A DNA stretch of 38,373 nt from a virus. Lineage: Duplodnaviria > Caudoviricetes. Below the pieces are notes generated by a model. That model worked only from the letters and a program-made list of their open reading frames with translations, was not told the DNA's origin and did no database searches. The stretch lies in the IMG/VR virus record IMGVR_UViG_3300027819_000003, positions 1 to 38,373 of that record; one strand, given 5' to 3'. Both the position numbers and the translations under genes were made by a program. Shown one piece after another: positions 7,887 through 16,709 of this stretch (the first letter of the stretch is position 1; every line of letters begins with the position of its first letter).

Positions 7887-8105
7887 ATGATGACTACACA
7901 TACCGCGCAAAAACCACTAAAAGAATATTTGTTGGCCTGGCGCAAGGGTAACCGGTTGAGCCTCCGTGAGGCGGGCCGAAAGTTTGGCGTCTCACACCAG
8001 AGGTATGTTCACTGGGAGAGCGGGAATAATTTGCCGCAGGGCGCCTATCTCCAAAAGGTGATGGTGGAGCTACGCCTGCGGATTGAGGAGATTGATTTTG
8101 GATAG
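7887..8105 (+). CDS. XRE/Cro-CI-like HTH regulator
   Basis: LSLREAGRKFGVSHQRYVHWESGNNLP. Confidence 0.88.
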   Translation: MMTTHTAQKPLKEYLLAWRKGNRLSLREAGRKFGVSHQRYVHWESGNNLPQGAYLQKVMVELRLRIEEIDFG

Positions 8106-8940
8106 AGCAGGGGATCAATCGCGTGAGGCGAAACATCTCTGGCCGGTAATCGAGCCGCGATCGGGTGTTGTTGGTTTCTATCGAGACTATAAAGAGCCCT
8201 TAGTGGCGCTGCCGGATGGCGGGTTTGGGTATGAGGGTGTCTTGCTCTACGATGAGTGGGCCGAAAAGGTCCAGTGTCATATTTGCGGGCAGTGGAAGCG
8301 AGGCTTGGGGGTACATGTATGGACTAAGCACCGTCTACGTGCCGCCAGTTACAAGGACCTGTACGGGCTGAACCAGAGCACGGCGCTAGTAGGCGAGTCA
8401 ACCCGGGAACATCTGATAGCAAATGGTCTGCGCAATATCCACCTGTTGACACCGGAGGCCAATAAACGCGGCTTGCTCGCTGCGAGGAAAGCTGTCAGCG
8501 CGAGTAGACGAACAGGACGCTCCACAGTGGAGGCGCAAAACAAGAAGGGGATTTGCGCGGCACAAATCCTGGTATGGCTACAGGAGCACCCCGATGCTAA
8601 GCGCGATACAGCCGATCAGAGTATAGCTTCGGCGGCCATCCGCACATTTGGGAGTTGGAGTAAAGCGCGACACATGGCAGGTCTAGCTGCGCGTAACGTA
8701 AACTGGCAGGAGAAATTCGACAAAGCCCTGGGGATCGCATCTCTCAGGGCCTTTGCTGTTAGGTACGATCGACCCCCAACTCGGTCAGATGCGGACCGAG
8801 GGCTAGTTGTTTACGCCGGTCACCGGTACGAAACAGCCTTTGGGACATGGCGCAATGCCTTAGCGGCGGCAGGCTTACAGACTACTAAGCAAGGAGTAGC
8901 AGTATTATGCAGGAGTATGAACAATGACAAAAGGATATAG
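8098..8940 (+). CDS. MucR/Ros-like Zn-finger protein with two homing-endonuclease-associated repeats
   Basis: CHICG...HVWTKH...YKDLYGL; FGSWSKARHMAGL and FGTWRNALAAAGL; TTG start chosen after GAGGAG (start uncertain). Confidence 0.72.
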   Translation: MDRAGDQSREAKHLWPVIEPRSGVVGFYRDYKEPLVALPDGGFGYEGVLLYDEWAEKVQCHICGQWKRGLGVHVWTKHRLRAASYKDLYGLNQSTALVGESTREHLIANGLRNIHLLTPEANKRGLLAARKAVSASRRTGRSTVEAQNKKGICAAQILVWLQEHPDAKRDTADQSIASAAIRTFGSWSKARHMAGLAARNVNWQEKFDKALGIASLRAFAVRYDRPPTRSDADRGLVVYAGHRYETAFGTWRNALAAAGLQTTKQGVAVLCRSMNNDKRI

Positions 8941-9706
8941 CAGCTTACTTATTGATGAGTACCCGCTTATGGTTCTGCCGAGACTGGCCAAAGAGATAGG
9001 ACTGAATGAGGCTATATTCCTACAACAGATTCATTATTGGCTCCAACGTTCCGAGAATATCAGAGATGGCCGACCATGGGTATATAACAGCTACGAAGCG
9101 TGGCATAAGCAATTCCCCTTCTGGTCTGTCCCTACAATAAAAAGGATTGTTTTAGCACTGGAAGAGACAGGCATCTTGATTACCGGCAATTATAACGTTC
9201 TGGTGATTGATAAAACCAAGTGGTATACGATTGACTATGACGCTCTGGCGATCGTCGAAAATCGTCTATCGTTGGATCATATTGATACGCTGGCGGGATC
9301 AGAACGATCCAACGATAGTATCAATATGATCCCATCTACATATACAGAGACTACAACAGAGACTACAACAGAGACTACACGGGGCGCACCGCCAAAAAAG
9401 CCTGGCCCTATATTGAAAGTTTCAGAAGAATATACGGCCACGCTGATCGCAGAGTACATAGATGTTTGGACTGAGACCGTTATCAGGCAGAGGATAGCGG
9501 AAGCAGAAAACTATTACCAACCGCTTATAGCCAAGGGGAAATACAAGGACATCAATCTGTGTGTGAGAAGCTGGCTCAGGAGAGATGCTGAAAGGCCCAA
9601 CACTAAAGCGCAGGTACCGCGTGTCACAGTCAATAGCGGCGTTGATACATATTATAAGGGCAAGTATGGACAAATCCTGAAACAGAGACAGGAAGCCAGC
9701 ACATGA
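8924..9706 (+). CDS. Phage replication initiator (N-terminal wHTH)
   Basis: LLIDEYPLMVLPRLAKEIGLNEAIFLQQIHYWL...WVYNSYEAW...DKTKWYTIDY; ETTTETT linker. Confidence 0.85.
   Translation: MTKGYSSLLIDEYPLMVLPRLAKEIGLNEAIFLQQIHYWLQRSENIRDGRPWVYNSYEAWHKQFPFWSVPTIKRIVLALEETGILITGNYNVLVIDKTKWYTIDYDALAIVENRLSLDHIDTLAGSERSNDSINMIPSTYTETTTETTTETTRGAPPKKPGPILKVSEEYTATLIAEYIDVWTETVIRQRIAEAENYYQPLIAKGKYKDINLCVRSWLRRDAERPNTKAQVPRVTVNSGVDTYYKGKYGQILKQRQEAST
9250..9335. promoter_or_regulatory. Putative replication origin: three degenerate iterons at 22-bp period
   Basis: GGATCATATTGATAC (9274), GGATCAGAACGATCC (9296), GTATCAATATGATCC (9318) inside the initiator linker. Confidence 0.6.
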
Positions 9707-9909
9707 ATGTCATCTTACAGCGCGCTAAGAGAAACACTGTCACAGGACACCGAGAAACCACCGGCATGATTTGTATGATGCTGGATGAGAAATGGACTCA
9801 ATGCAGACGATTGATAGCCGCTGAAGATGAACGGACAGAGCGACGCCCGACGGAGCCTATATGCCGTGAGATTTGGGACGTAGACCACCCGCCCAGGCCA
9901 CTGGACTAA
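9703..9909 (+). CDS. Hypothetical protein
   Basis: ATGA coupling with the initiator gene. Confidence 0.55.
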   Translation: MNVILQRAKRNTVTGHRETTGMICMMLDEKWTQCRRLIAAEDERTERRPTEPICREIWDVDHPPRPLD

Positions 9910-9912
9910 CGC

Positions 9913-9936
9913 AAAAGGCCGGCGGTGAGGCCGGCC
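9913..9936 (-). terminator. Intrinsic terminator between convergent operons
   Basis: GGCCGGC stem, 6-nt loop, TTTT on minus strand. Confidence 0.7.
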
Positions 9937-9961
9937 CCTGTGTGCGTATTACTGGCTATGG

Positions 9962-10192
9962 CTAGGTAGCTGCTGGCGTATAGGCGTCCCATGTTTGAGC
10001 CTCAGCCCAGGTCAAGTCGTCTCCGTCGTCAAAATCACAGTCGTACTCGCGCCCTACCAGCGCAGCGGCCTCGGTGTAATGCAGCGGTCCGGCCACTCCC
10101 AGGATGTACTCGCCATCCCCATCATTGGCCCAGGCCAGCGCGTATACCTCCCCGGTCGGGTTGTGTGTTGCTAATTTGTATCCTGTGCTCAT
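9962..10192 (-). CDS. Small acidic hypothetical protein
   Basis: AAGGGAG RBS; D/E-rich. Confidence 0.7.
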   Translation of the reverse strand: MSTGYKLATHNPTGEVYALAWANDGDGEYILGVAGPLHYTEAAALVGREYDCDFDDGDDLTWAEAQTWDAYTPAAT

Positions 10193-10233
10193 GTTCGTCT
10201 CCCTTATCGTTTATTTCCTTGTCGGGGGTCTGT

Positions 10234-10593
10234 CTATCGTAGGACCTTTATCGCCTGGCTACGTATGCCCAAAAACAGTGCGGCTTCCTTGGCGGCTTCA
10301 CGGTGAGCGTTGCGTTTTGTCACTGACAATATTTCGTCTACCTCTGCACCCTTGTCGTCGTGGGTGAGCACCCACCCTCTGCTCCACCTCTCCGTGCGGC
10401 CTCCCGGTCGATCGTCATACCATATCGTAGGTGCCGGCGGCATCTTCGTTGCTTGACCCATCCCCTTCTCTTCCAGGCCGCAAACATAGCAGAGTCCGGT
10501 ACCCGCAGAATCTATCCAGGTAGGTATTCCGCAGCCGGTGCAGTCTATTAAGTCTCCGCTTTCGTGGCTGTATGCCGTTGTCTCCGTTGTCAT
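10234..10593 (-). CDS. Zn-finger hypothetical protein
   Basis: CTGC and CYVC; GAGGGAG RBS. Confidence 0.65.
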   Translation of the reverse strand: MTTETTAYSHESGDLIDCTGCGIPTWIDSAGTGLCYVCGLEEKGMGQATKMPPAPTIWYDDRPGGRTERWSRGWVLTHDDKGAEVDEILSVTKRNAHREAAKEAALFLGIRSQAIKVLR

Positions 10594-10618
10594 CTTCGTT
10601 TCTCCCTCGTTATTCTAT

Positions 10619-10729
10619 CTATTTCTTGGCTGTCGGACTGTCGAGCCGGGTCTTACATCGTGGACACGCTTTCGGCTCCGGCTTGCGGCTGGTCCACTCG
10701 TAGCCGCACTTGTGGCAGGTTGCTTTCAT
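10619..10729 (-). CDS. 36-aa Zn-ribbon microprotein (not in ORF track)
   Basis: MKATCHKCGYEWTSRKPEPKACPRCKTRLDSPTAKK*; GGAGG RBS, ATGA coupling. Confidence 0.8.
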   Translation of the reverse strand: MKATCHKCGYEWTSRKPEPKACPRCKTRLDSPTAKK

Positions 10730-10950
10730 TCAGCTACCTCCTCCTTTTGGCACTTCGCAATAATTGCCTCATACGTGAGGAAAATACTGTCCTGCATCTC
10801 GAAATATCTCTCACCTATCCGACAAAAGATGGCCGTGATATTTCCGTATGTCCTTTCACTGAGCATGAATGATTCAGTGTCTAACTCTGGATTCCAGCGG
10901 TCTACGCTCTCTCTGCCCTCCCAACGGATAGGCGGTAGTACTTCCAGCAT
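10726..10950 (-). CDS. Hypothetical protein
   Basis: Coupled to downstream ORF; overlaps upstream ORF by 77 nt. Confidence 0.5.
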   Translation of the reverse strand: MLEVLPPIRWEGRESVDRWNPELDTESFMLSERTYGNITAIFCRIGERYFEMQDSIFLTYEAIIAKCQKEEVAE

Positions 10951-11179
10951 CTCCGAGATGCCTACCGCAGAGTAGGACTTGTCCTACTGCTATAAATGTT
11001 CCTCGCCTCTTGCAAAATTCACACCTGGGCATTGCCGCTAATTGTGCTTTTCTATCTTCTTGTTGCTTCCTGGCGTTTGCGTTCCAGCAGGGAGTACACC
11101 AGGTCTCAACGTGCTTGTCAGGGAAATATACATCCTGGATTATTGTTGTAGGCTGTTCACACCTTGCGCAATTTGTCAT
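10874..11179 (-). CDS. Double Zn-finger hypothetical protein
   Basis: CARC, CTPC, CEFC, CGRH. Confidence 0.65.
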   Translation of the reverse strand: MTNCARCEQPTTIIQDVYFPDKHVETWCTPCWNANARKQQEDRKAQLAAMPRCEFCKRRGTFIAVGQVLLCGRHLGDAGSTTAYPLGGQRERRPLESRVRH

Positions 11180-11180
11180 T

Positions 11181-11483
11181 TTAGCCGACCTTCTTAGTTA
11201 TTGGCTGTACTTGGTGGCGACAGAATACCGGCGAGTTGTGAAATATCTTGGCGGTAGTGCCATCTTCTTTATCCTCAGTCCTGACGACCGGAATCTTGAT
11301 GGCCTTCTCTCCCTTCTTGACTGCGTATCCCTGAGCTATCCATCTGCCGAAGGTGAAAATATCTTTGTAAGGCTCACATCCACAGCTTAGGGCGCTTTTC
11401 AGATGTGATGCATTGGCTACGCTGTACCGGCTGAAACTCTTGGCCTCAGTCTCAGTCATCTTAACTTTTGTCGCTGTTGTCAT
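11181..11483 (-). CDS. ArdC-like N-terminal ssDNA-binding domain protein
   Basis: TFGRWIAQGYAVKKGEKAIKI...PVFCRHQV. Confidence 0.8.
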   Translation of the reverse strand: MTTATKVKMTETEAKSFSRYSVANASHLKSALSCGCEPYKDIFTFGRWIAQGYAVKKGEKAIKIPVVRTEDKEDGTTAKIFHNSPVFCRHQVQPITKKVG

Positions 11484-11519
11484 CGGTCGGTTCCTCTCCT
11501 TGTTTTAATCTCTACCTGT

Positions 11520-11548
11520 ATACTACTACTACTATCACGCTGTGTCCA
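11520..11548 (-). promoter_or_regulatory. Promoter for ArdC-led leftward cassette
   Basis: TGGACA-17-TAGTAT. Confidence 0.65.
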
Positions 11549-11555
11549 TAGGGTA

Positions 11556-11572
11556 AAGTATTGCAAATACTT
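11556..11572. promoter_or_regulatory. Palindromic operator candidate
   Basis: AAGTATT-GCA-AATACTT between divergent promoters. Confidence 0.45.
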
Positions 11573-11600
11573 CGTTTAGTGCTAACTATCCAGCGGCTTC

Positions 11601-11629
11601 TTGACGTGCAGGCGCAGGCTTATTATTAT
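11601..11629 (+). promoter_or_regulatory. Promoter for packaging and morphogenesis operon
   Basis: TTGACG-17-TATTAT, same boxes as the promoter at 7852. Confidence 0.65.
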
Positions 11630-11648
11630 TAGTCCATTAGGAGATACT

Positions 11649-12218
11649 ATGTCCGACGGTCTCACGCCCAAACAACGGCTTTTTGTCACTGAGTATTTGA
11701 TAGACCTCAACGCTACTCAGGCTTATATCCGCGCTGGGTACCTCGTCAAGTCCGACAATGTGGCCGCTGTGAAGGGCTTGGAGCTGGTAAGAAATGGTAA
11801 GGTGGCCGCTGAGATCGACAAAGCCCTCAAAGCCCGCGAGTCTCGCACTCTCATCACCGCCGACAGAGTGCTAACAGAGCTTGCGCGATTAGGCTTTTCT
11901 GACATGCGGGATTATGCGATGTGGGGGCCTCACGGCGTCACCCTCAAGCATTCCGACGAATTGACCGAAGCCCAGGCCAGAGCCGTGATCCAGGTCTCCG
12001 AGCACCGCACCGTTAAGACCACGTTTAGCAAAGAGGGCGACGTTGTGGGTGAGACCGTACAGAGCAATGTCACTTTCAAGCTGGCTGACAAAGAGGGGTC
12101 GCTTGATAAGCTGGCCCGGCATTTGGGCATGTATCTCAAGGAAGGTACGGGCGGCGATGTCAATATCTATGGCCCGGTGCAGTTTGTGTTCGACAAGCCC
12201 GTATTCGACGCTATTTGA
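11649..12218 (+). CDS. terS: Terminase small subunit
   Basis: LTPKQRLFVTEYLIDLNATQAYIRAGY...ITADRVLTELARLGFSD...KLADKEGSLDKLARHLGM. Confidence 0.95.
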   Translation: MSDGLTPKQRLFVTEYLIDLNATQAYIRAGYLVKSDNVAAVKGLELVRNGKVAAEIDKALKARESRTLITADRVLTELARLGFSDMRDYAMWGPHGVTLKHSDELTEAQARAVIQVSEHRTVKTTFSKEGDVVGETVQSNVTFKLADKEGSLDKLARHLGMYLKEGTGGDVNIYGPVQFVFDKPVFDAI

Positions 12219-12268
12219 CAATAACATAGGCCCCTGAGAGCCAAAATTAGGCGGGTATTTGGAGCAAC

Positions 12269-13741
12269 GTGACTACTACTACCCTTGACAGGCCAGCCAG
12301 GCCGCCACGCTTCGTATGGGAGGCGACGGACAAGCAGAAAGCGTTCCTCGCCCGTACTGAGGACGAGGTCATGTTCGGCGGCGCTAAATACGGAGCCAAG
12401 ACGGATGCACTCTTAGCATGGTGCATCAGCCGCCGGCAGAAGTACGCCAAGAGTCGAGGGTTGTTCATCCGGCGAGAACTGGCAGAGGTCGTCAAGCAGG
12501 GTGCGGCGTGGGACAGGATACAGGAGTTCTGCGGCCCCGACTGTCGATATAACCAGACCGACCACCTTGTCTACTTTCCAAACGGCTCAGTCCAAGAGTT
12601 CGGACACTGCCAGAACGAGAACGACAAGTATAAGTACCAGGGAGCGCAGTATGACGACATCTGTTTCGACCAGCTCGAACAGTTTACAGAGTCACAATAT
12701 ACCTTCATTTGTGCGGCTGGTCGTGTCCCTGCATCCAGAGACGTCAGAGATAACGATGGCAACCGTATTAAGGCTAGAATCAGGTCGTCGGCCAACCCCG
12801 GCGATACCGGCCACGGATGGGTTAAAAAGACCTTTATCGACGTAGCGCCTCCCTCAACACCGTACACAACACAAGCTGTCATAACTCCACCTGATGGCGA
12901 GCCTATAACGGTACAGCGTACCAGGGTATTCATTCCCTCACTGATCTTTGACAATCCTCACGCCTCTCCTGAGTATCTGGCCGTCCTGGACGCTATGCCA
13001 GAGCCTTACCGTTCAGCCTACCTATACGGCCTATGGGACATCTTTATCGGCCAAGCATTTCAGGACTTTAAGCCAGTCAAGGATGGCAAGCCCTACCACG
13101 TCATACCCACATTCGAGATACCGCAATTATGGCGCAGAGCCGAGGGCCACGACTGGGGCTTTGCAGCACTCATGTATCACTGTTGGGGAGCGGCTGACCC
13201 CGAAGGCGGCCTCATCATCTACCGGGAGCTTGCAGGTCGAGGCTGGAATAATACAGAGATAGCTCAGAGAGTGCTCGAGTCGAGGGGCGCGGACCAGATT
13301 GGTGTCACATACGCCGGGCACGACATCTTCAACGACCGCCAGGCGGCGATGAACCAGGACACCGTTAACCGCATGGCCGAGGCCGGCCAGCTTACCAACA
13401 AGATTGTTGACGACTATAAGACAGCCGGCTTGCTAACCTGCCAGATGGCTACAACTGATAGATTGTCAGGGAAGATGAGGTTCCATGAGCTATTCAAAGA
13501 ACGGCCCGATGGTGTACCCTTGATGCGAATAATGGACTGTTGCCCTATACTGATAGAGACATTATCGCAGATACAGCTCGATCCCAAGCGCTCAGAGGAT
13601 GTTATAACCGACTATCCTGCTGACGCGGTGCTTCGGGATGATCCTTACGATGGAGCTAGGTATCTACTTATGGGCATGATAGGGATCACAAAGCCGCAGG
13701 AGCCGGAGCAACCCAACACTGGATGGGGATGGTATAGATAG
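12269..13741 (+). CDS. terL: Terminase large subunit
   Basis: Walker A-like GGAKYGAKT, YQGAQYDDICFDQ, SANPG coupling motif, nuclease HDWGF and DDPYDGARY. Confidence 0.95.
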   Translation: MTTTTLDRPARPPRFVWEATDKQKAFLARTEDEVMFGGAKYGAKTDALLAWCISRRQKYAKSRGLFIRRELAEVVKQGAAWDRIQEFCGPDCRYNQTDHLVYFPNGSVQEFGHCQNENDKYKYQGAQYDDICFDQLEQFTESQYTFICAAGRVPASRDVRDNDGNRIKARIRSSANPGDTGHGWVKKTFIDVAPPSTPYTTQAVITPPDGEPITVQRTRVFIPSLIFDNPHASPEYLAVLDAMPEPYRSAYLYGLWDIFIGQAFQDFKPVKDGKPYHVIPTFEIPQLWRRAEGHDWGFAALMYHCWGAADPEGGLIIYRELAGRGWNNTEIAQRVLESRGADQIGVTYAGHDIFNDRQAAMNQDTVNRMAEAGQLTNKIVDDYKTAGLLTCQMATTDRLSGKMRFHELFKERPDGVPLMRIMDCCPILIETLSQIQLDPKRSEDVITDYPADAVLRDDPYDGARYLLMGMIGITKPQEPEQPNTGWGWYR

Positions 13742-13840
13742 ATGGCAAGTGTTATCGCGCAGATATGGATTAAAACCATACGGGCCTGTGCGCAAGCCGG
13801 GTGCCAAGCTTGCAGGCAAATATTGGAGGACTATGGATAG
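13742..13840 (+). CDS. 32-aa Cys-containing microprotein
   Basis: MASVIAQIWIKTIRACAQAGCQACRQILEDYG* fills the terL-portal gap. Confidence 0.4.
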   Translation: MASVIAQIWIKTIRACAQAGCQACRQILEDYG

Positions 13841-15755
13841 GCCAAGCCGTGACTATATCGAGGGCCTGCTAACGTGGACCGGCGGCGGCTTTGACAAAGC
13901 ACCGTACACGTCCGCCACAGGAGCCACGCAGACCGCCACGGCCGGCGGCGCGTGGGGCATCTTCCGCGAGCGAGTGGCCCGCGAGATGAAGTTCAACCGC
14001 TTGGAGTTCGACGATGAGGTAAAGGGCGACGGCGGCAACATCAAGTATTTCCCCAACGACTTTCGCATACTCCTAACGGCAACTGGACCCTCAAAGGTAC
14101 GTGCCGCCTATAACCAGGTCTTTGTGGCCGACCCGCAGGTCAAGGTCGAGATACCGGAGGGATACCGCACTGACAGCACGAGAGAGGCCGCAGAAGACCC
14201 TTTGACGAACTACCTGCTGGCCTGTGTGCAGAGCGACGAACGGCAGGGTGACAGCGCGCCGCTCGTGCTGATGAAGATGAACTGCATCGCCTACGGTCTT
14301 GGAGCTATCCAAACCACATGGAAGCGCAACGCATATCCAAAGGAGCCTGTGAGGAAGAAGGGCGAGAGTCAGTCCGATTGGGACGAGAGGAAGAAGCAGT
14401 GGCACGCCATCTGCACCGAGACCGACCCCTTCGAGACGAAATCACTCCATCCTCTCTCGGTAGCGTACGATAGAGCGCACAAACCGCCGCGGTGGGCGCT
14501 CACGGTCGAGACAACGACGCCCTGGGATGCGGCCGAGGACTATCCGTATTGGGCCGAGCACAGAGCTTATGACCGCGCTCATGCAGTGCCCGACAACAGC
14601 AACACCTTGTTGACCAAAGTCTGGTTCTGGTCTAACGAATGGTGTGCCTGCTACATAGACGGCGAGCCTGCGATAGGTCCCGGCTCTAGCAGCGGCGAGT
14701 ACAAGGCCGACGAGAACGGCGTGGCCAAGAATCCCTACGGATTCATACCGATAGACTTCGCGCCCGGCGGGCACGGCGACCAGGACCCCGACAACCGACC
14801 GGAGTACGAGCTTGTTGGCATATACAAGAACATGCTTGACCTGCTGCTGGCCGAGGCCTCATGCTTCACACTCGAGGAGATATACCGGCAACAGGCATCG
14901 TACGGCAACAAGAAAATAGTCACAGCGTCAGACCAGGGCACGGCAGACCGCATTGAGCGAGCGCTCGTGGGCGGGCCTAACCAGGTGGTGAAAATTCTAC
15001 AGGGCAAGGCCACCGTGCAACAGCTAGAGCAGGGACAACTACCGCAGGTCCTGACAGACCAGAGGGAGCGACTGAAGCAGGACATAGACACCGCCTCGGT
15101 GCATGACATAGCGACCGGCGCCGGAAGCCCAACAGAGGCCGCACGGAGAACGGCGCTTCGTCTTGTACAGACTGACAAGCAGGTGGCGCAAGCGGCCACC
15201 AACATCGAGCAGGCGATGGAAAGCAACCTACGCAAGCGCCTACTGATGATCAAGAACGTCTACAAGAAGTCCGTTGGTCGCAATGTCGCGCCACGAGGAC
15301 AGAGGGCTTCGTACGTCTCGCTGAAGCCTGAAGATATTCCGTCCGTGTTCACCGTCACGGTATCGCTCATTGGAGACACCGACGAGCAGAAGCAGCAGAA
15401 GCAGGACGCGGGCAACGCTAGGCTGGGTATATCGCTGGACATGGACACATACTGGCGAGACTACGCCGACGAGAAGCATCCGGACAAGATCAGACAGGGG
15501 CTACTGAACGACCTGGCGTTTGAGAACGTGATAAAGCCTGCGTATATTCAAGCGCTCAACGGTGAATTCCCGAAGATACTGGCAGAGGTGGCAGCGGAAG
15601 AGGGTATAATATACACGAATGAGGAATTACAGGCGAACCTACCGCCGCCGCAACCGCAGGTAGACCCGATGACAGGGCAGCCCATACAGCCTGTGGCGCC
15701 ACCGCAGAACGGAGCGCAGCCTGTGGGTGGGCCTCCAATGCGAGTTATGGGATAA
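13833..15755 (+). CDS. Portal (head-tail connector), podovirus type
   Basis: ~640 aa directly after terL; NPYGFIP motif; P/Q-rich C-terminus; ATG after GGAGG. Confidence 0.8.
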   Translation: MDRPSRDYIEGLLTWTGGGFDKAPYTSATGATQTATAGGAWGIFRERVAREMKFNRLEFDDEVKGDGGNIKYFPNDFRILLTATGPSKVRAAYNQVFVADPQVKVEIPEGYRTDSTREAAEDPLTNYLLACVQSDERQGDSAPLVLMKMNCIAYGLGAIQTTWKRNAYPKEPVRKKGESQSDWDERKKQWHAICTETDPFETKSLHPLSVAYDRAHKPPRWALTVETTTPWDAAEDYPYWAEHRAYDRAHAVPDNSNTLLTKVWFWSNEWCACYIDGEPAIGPGSSSGEYKADENGVAKNPYGFIPIDFAPGGHGDQDPDNRPEYELVGIYKNMLDLLLAEASCFTLEEIYRQQASYGNKKIVTASDQGTADRIERALVGGPNQVVKILQGKATVQQLEQGQLPQVLTDQRERLKQDIDTASVHDIATGAGSPTEAARRTALRLVQTDKQVAQAATNIEQAMESNLRKRLLMIKNVYKKSVGRNVAPRGQRASYVSLKPEDIPSVFTVTVSLIGDTDEQKQQKQDAGNARLGISLDMDTYWRDYADEKHPDKIRQGLLNDLAFENVIKPAYIQALNGEFPKILAEVAAEEGIIYTNEELQANLPPPQPQVDPMTGQPIQPVAPPQNGAQPVGGPPMRVMG

Positions 15756-15772
15756 GGAGCACGGGAGCCACT

Positions 15773-15976
15773 ATGAGAACCTTAGCAGAGATCGCTGAAA
15801 TGCTTGCGGCCTGCGATGCAGAGATGCTCCCGAGGCCTACTAGGCTTAGGATAAGCCATTCTGATGCTGTCGCATTAACTGAGGATTTGAGCATACCACG
15901 TGAGTGGGCACATGAACGACCCTTGCAAACAGGCGACCGGTGCATGGGTATACTCATCGAGGTAGTAGATGACTGA
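15773..15976 (+). CDS. Hypothetical protein
   Basis: GGGAG RBS; in operon. Confidence 0.55.
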   Translation: MRTLAEIAEMLAACDAEMLPRPTRLRISHSDAVALTEDLSIPREWAHERPLQTGDRCMGILIEVVDD

Positions 15977-16223
15977 CATCGCAGACCTGATACAGGGCGC
16001 GCTGGCAACCGACAGAGCGCGGCTGAAGGACATGGTTCGCAAGCTCGCCAAAGAGCAGCCGGACGTGTTCAGGCGCGGCGTTCAGGCTTGGCTCACGCCG
16101 GTCGACCCGAAGGCCGAACGTAAGGCGCTGAGAGAGCTAGCAGACCCTGAGGTCTTTATGGACGCAGTCACTGCGTTGGAGAAGGAAACGAGCGCGCAGG
16201 AAGTGGATGAGATACTACGATGA
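15969..16223 (+). CDS. Hypothetical helical protein
   Basis: GAGG RBS; in operon. Confidence 0.65.
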   Translation: MTDIADLIQGALATDRARLKDMVRKLAKEQPDVFRRGVQAWLTPVDPKAERKALRELADPEVFMDAVTALEKETSAQEVDEILR

Positions 16224-16709
16224 CTAGCGGGAATATCTCCCACGGGCACGGCCCTTACTTACCATATCTCGCACATTATCGTGATTAGTGCCTAGAAACA
16301 GATGCTCGGGTCTAACACATGGAGGATTATCGCACCTGTGGCAGACAAACAGACCGTCAGGGATATGGCCATAGTGGAGAAGCCAGGATACGCGTGGAGC
16401 CATCAAATACTGAGGCTGTGTATGTGGAGCATTTTTAATATGTCCATAGCCTTTTTGGGCTTTACTGCCAGTCCATACCCAACAATCACCAGGCTCATCA
16501 GAAACAAGCACATATTTCCAAAGCCTAGTCTCAAGGGATTGAATAGGATGATTGTTACTATAATGCCCGCGCCTCGCATGACCCCTAATAAAACGCATAG
16601 GGACACCTCTTACGCGGTTAAGACTTCGGTCAGTACGGGTAGGGATCGTGGTGGGCTTCTTACAGCCGCATTCACAGAGGCCGTAAGAGGTGCTAAACTG
16701 AAGTTGCAT
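16224..16709 (-). CDS. HNH homing endonuclease 1
   Basis: CWVWTG...GYG...VCHRCDNPPCVRPEHLFLGTNHDNVRDM; N-terminal CECGC...RFIRGH. Confidence 0.95.
   Translation of the reverse strand: MQLQFSTSYGLCECGCKKPTTIPTRTDRSLNRVRGVPMRFIRGHARRGHYSNNHPIQSLETRLWKYVLVSDEPGDCWVWTGSKAQKGYGHIKNAPHTQPQYLMAPRVSWLLHYGHIPDGLFVCHRCDNPPCVRPEHLFLGTNHDNVRDMVSKGRARGRYSR

Noticed and set aside
9344-9379. ACAGAGACTACA x3 as origin iterons
   Set aside because: Encodes the common TETT linker of this initiator family; the 22-bp-period units upstream fit better, though a role is not excluded
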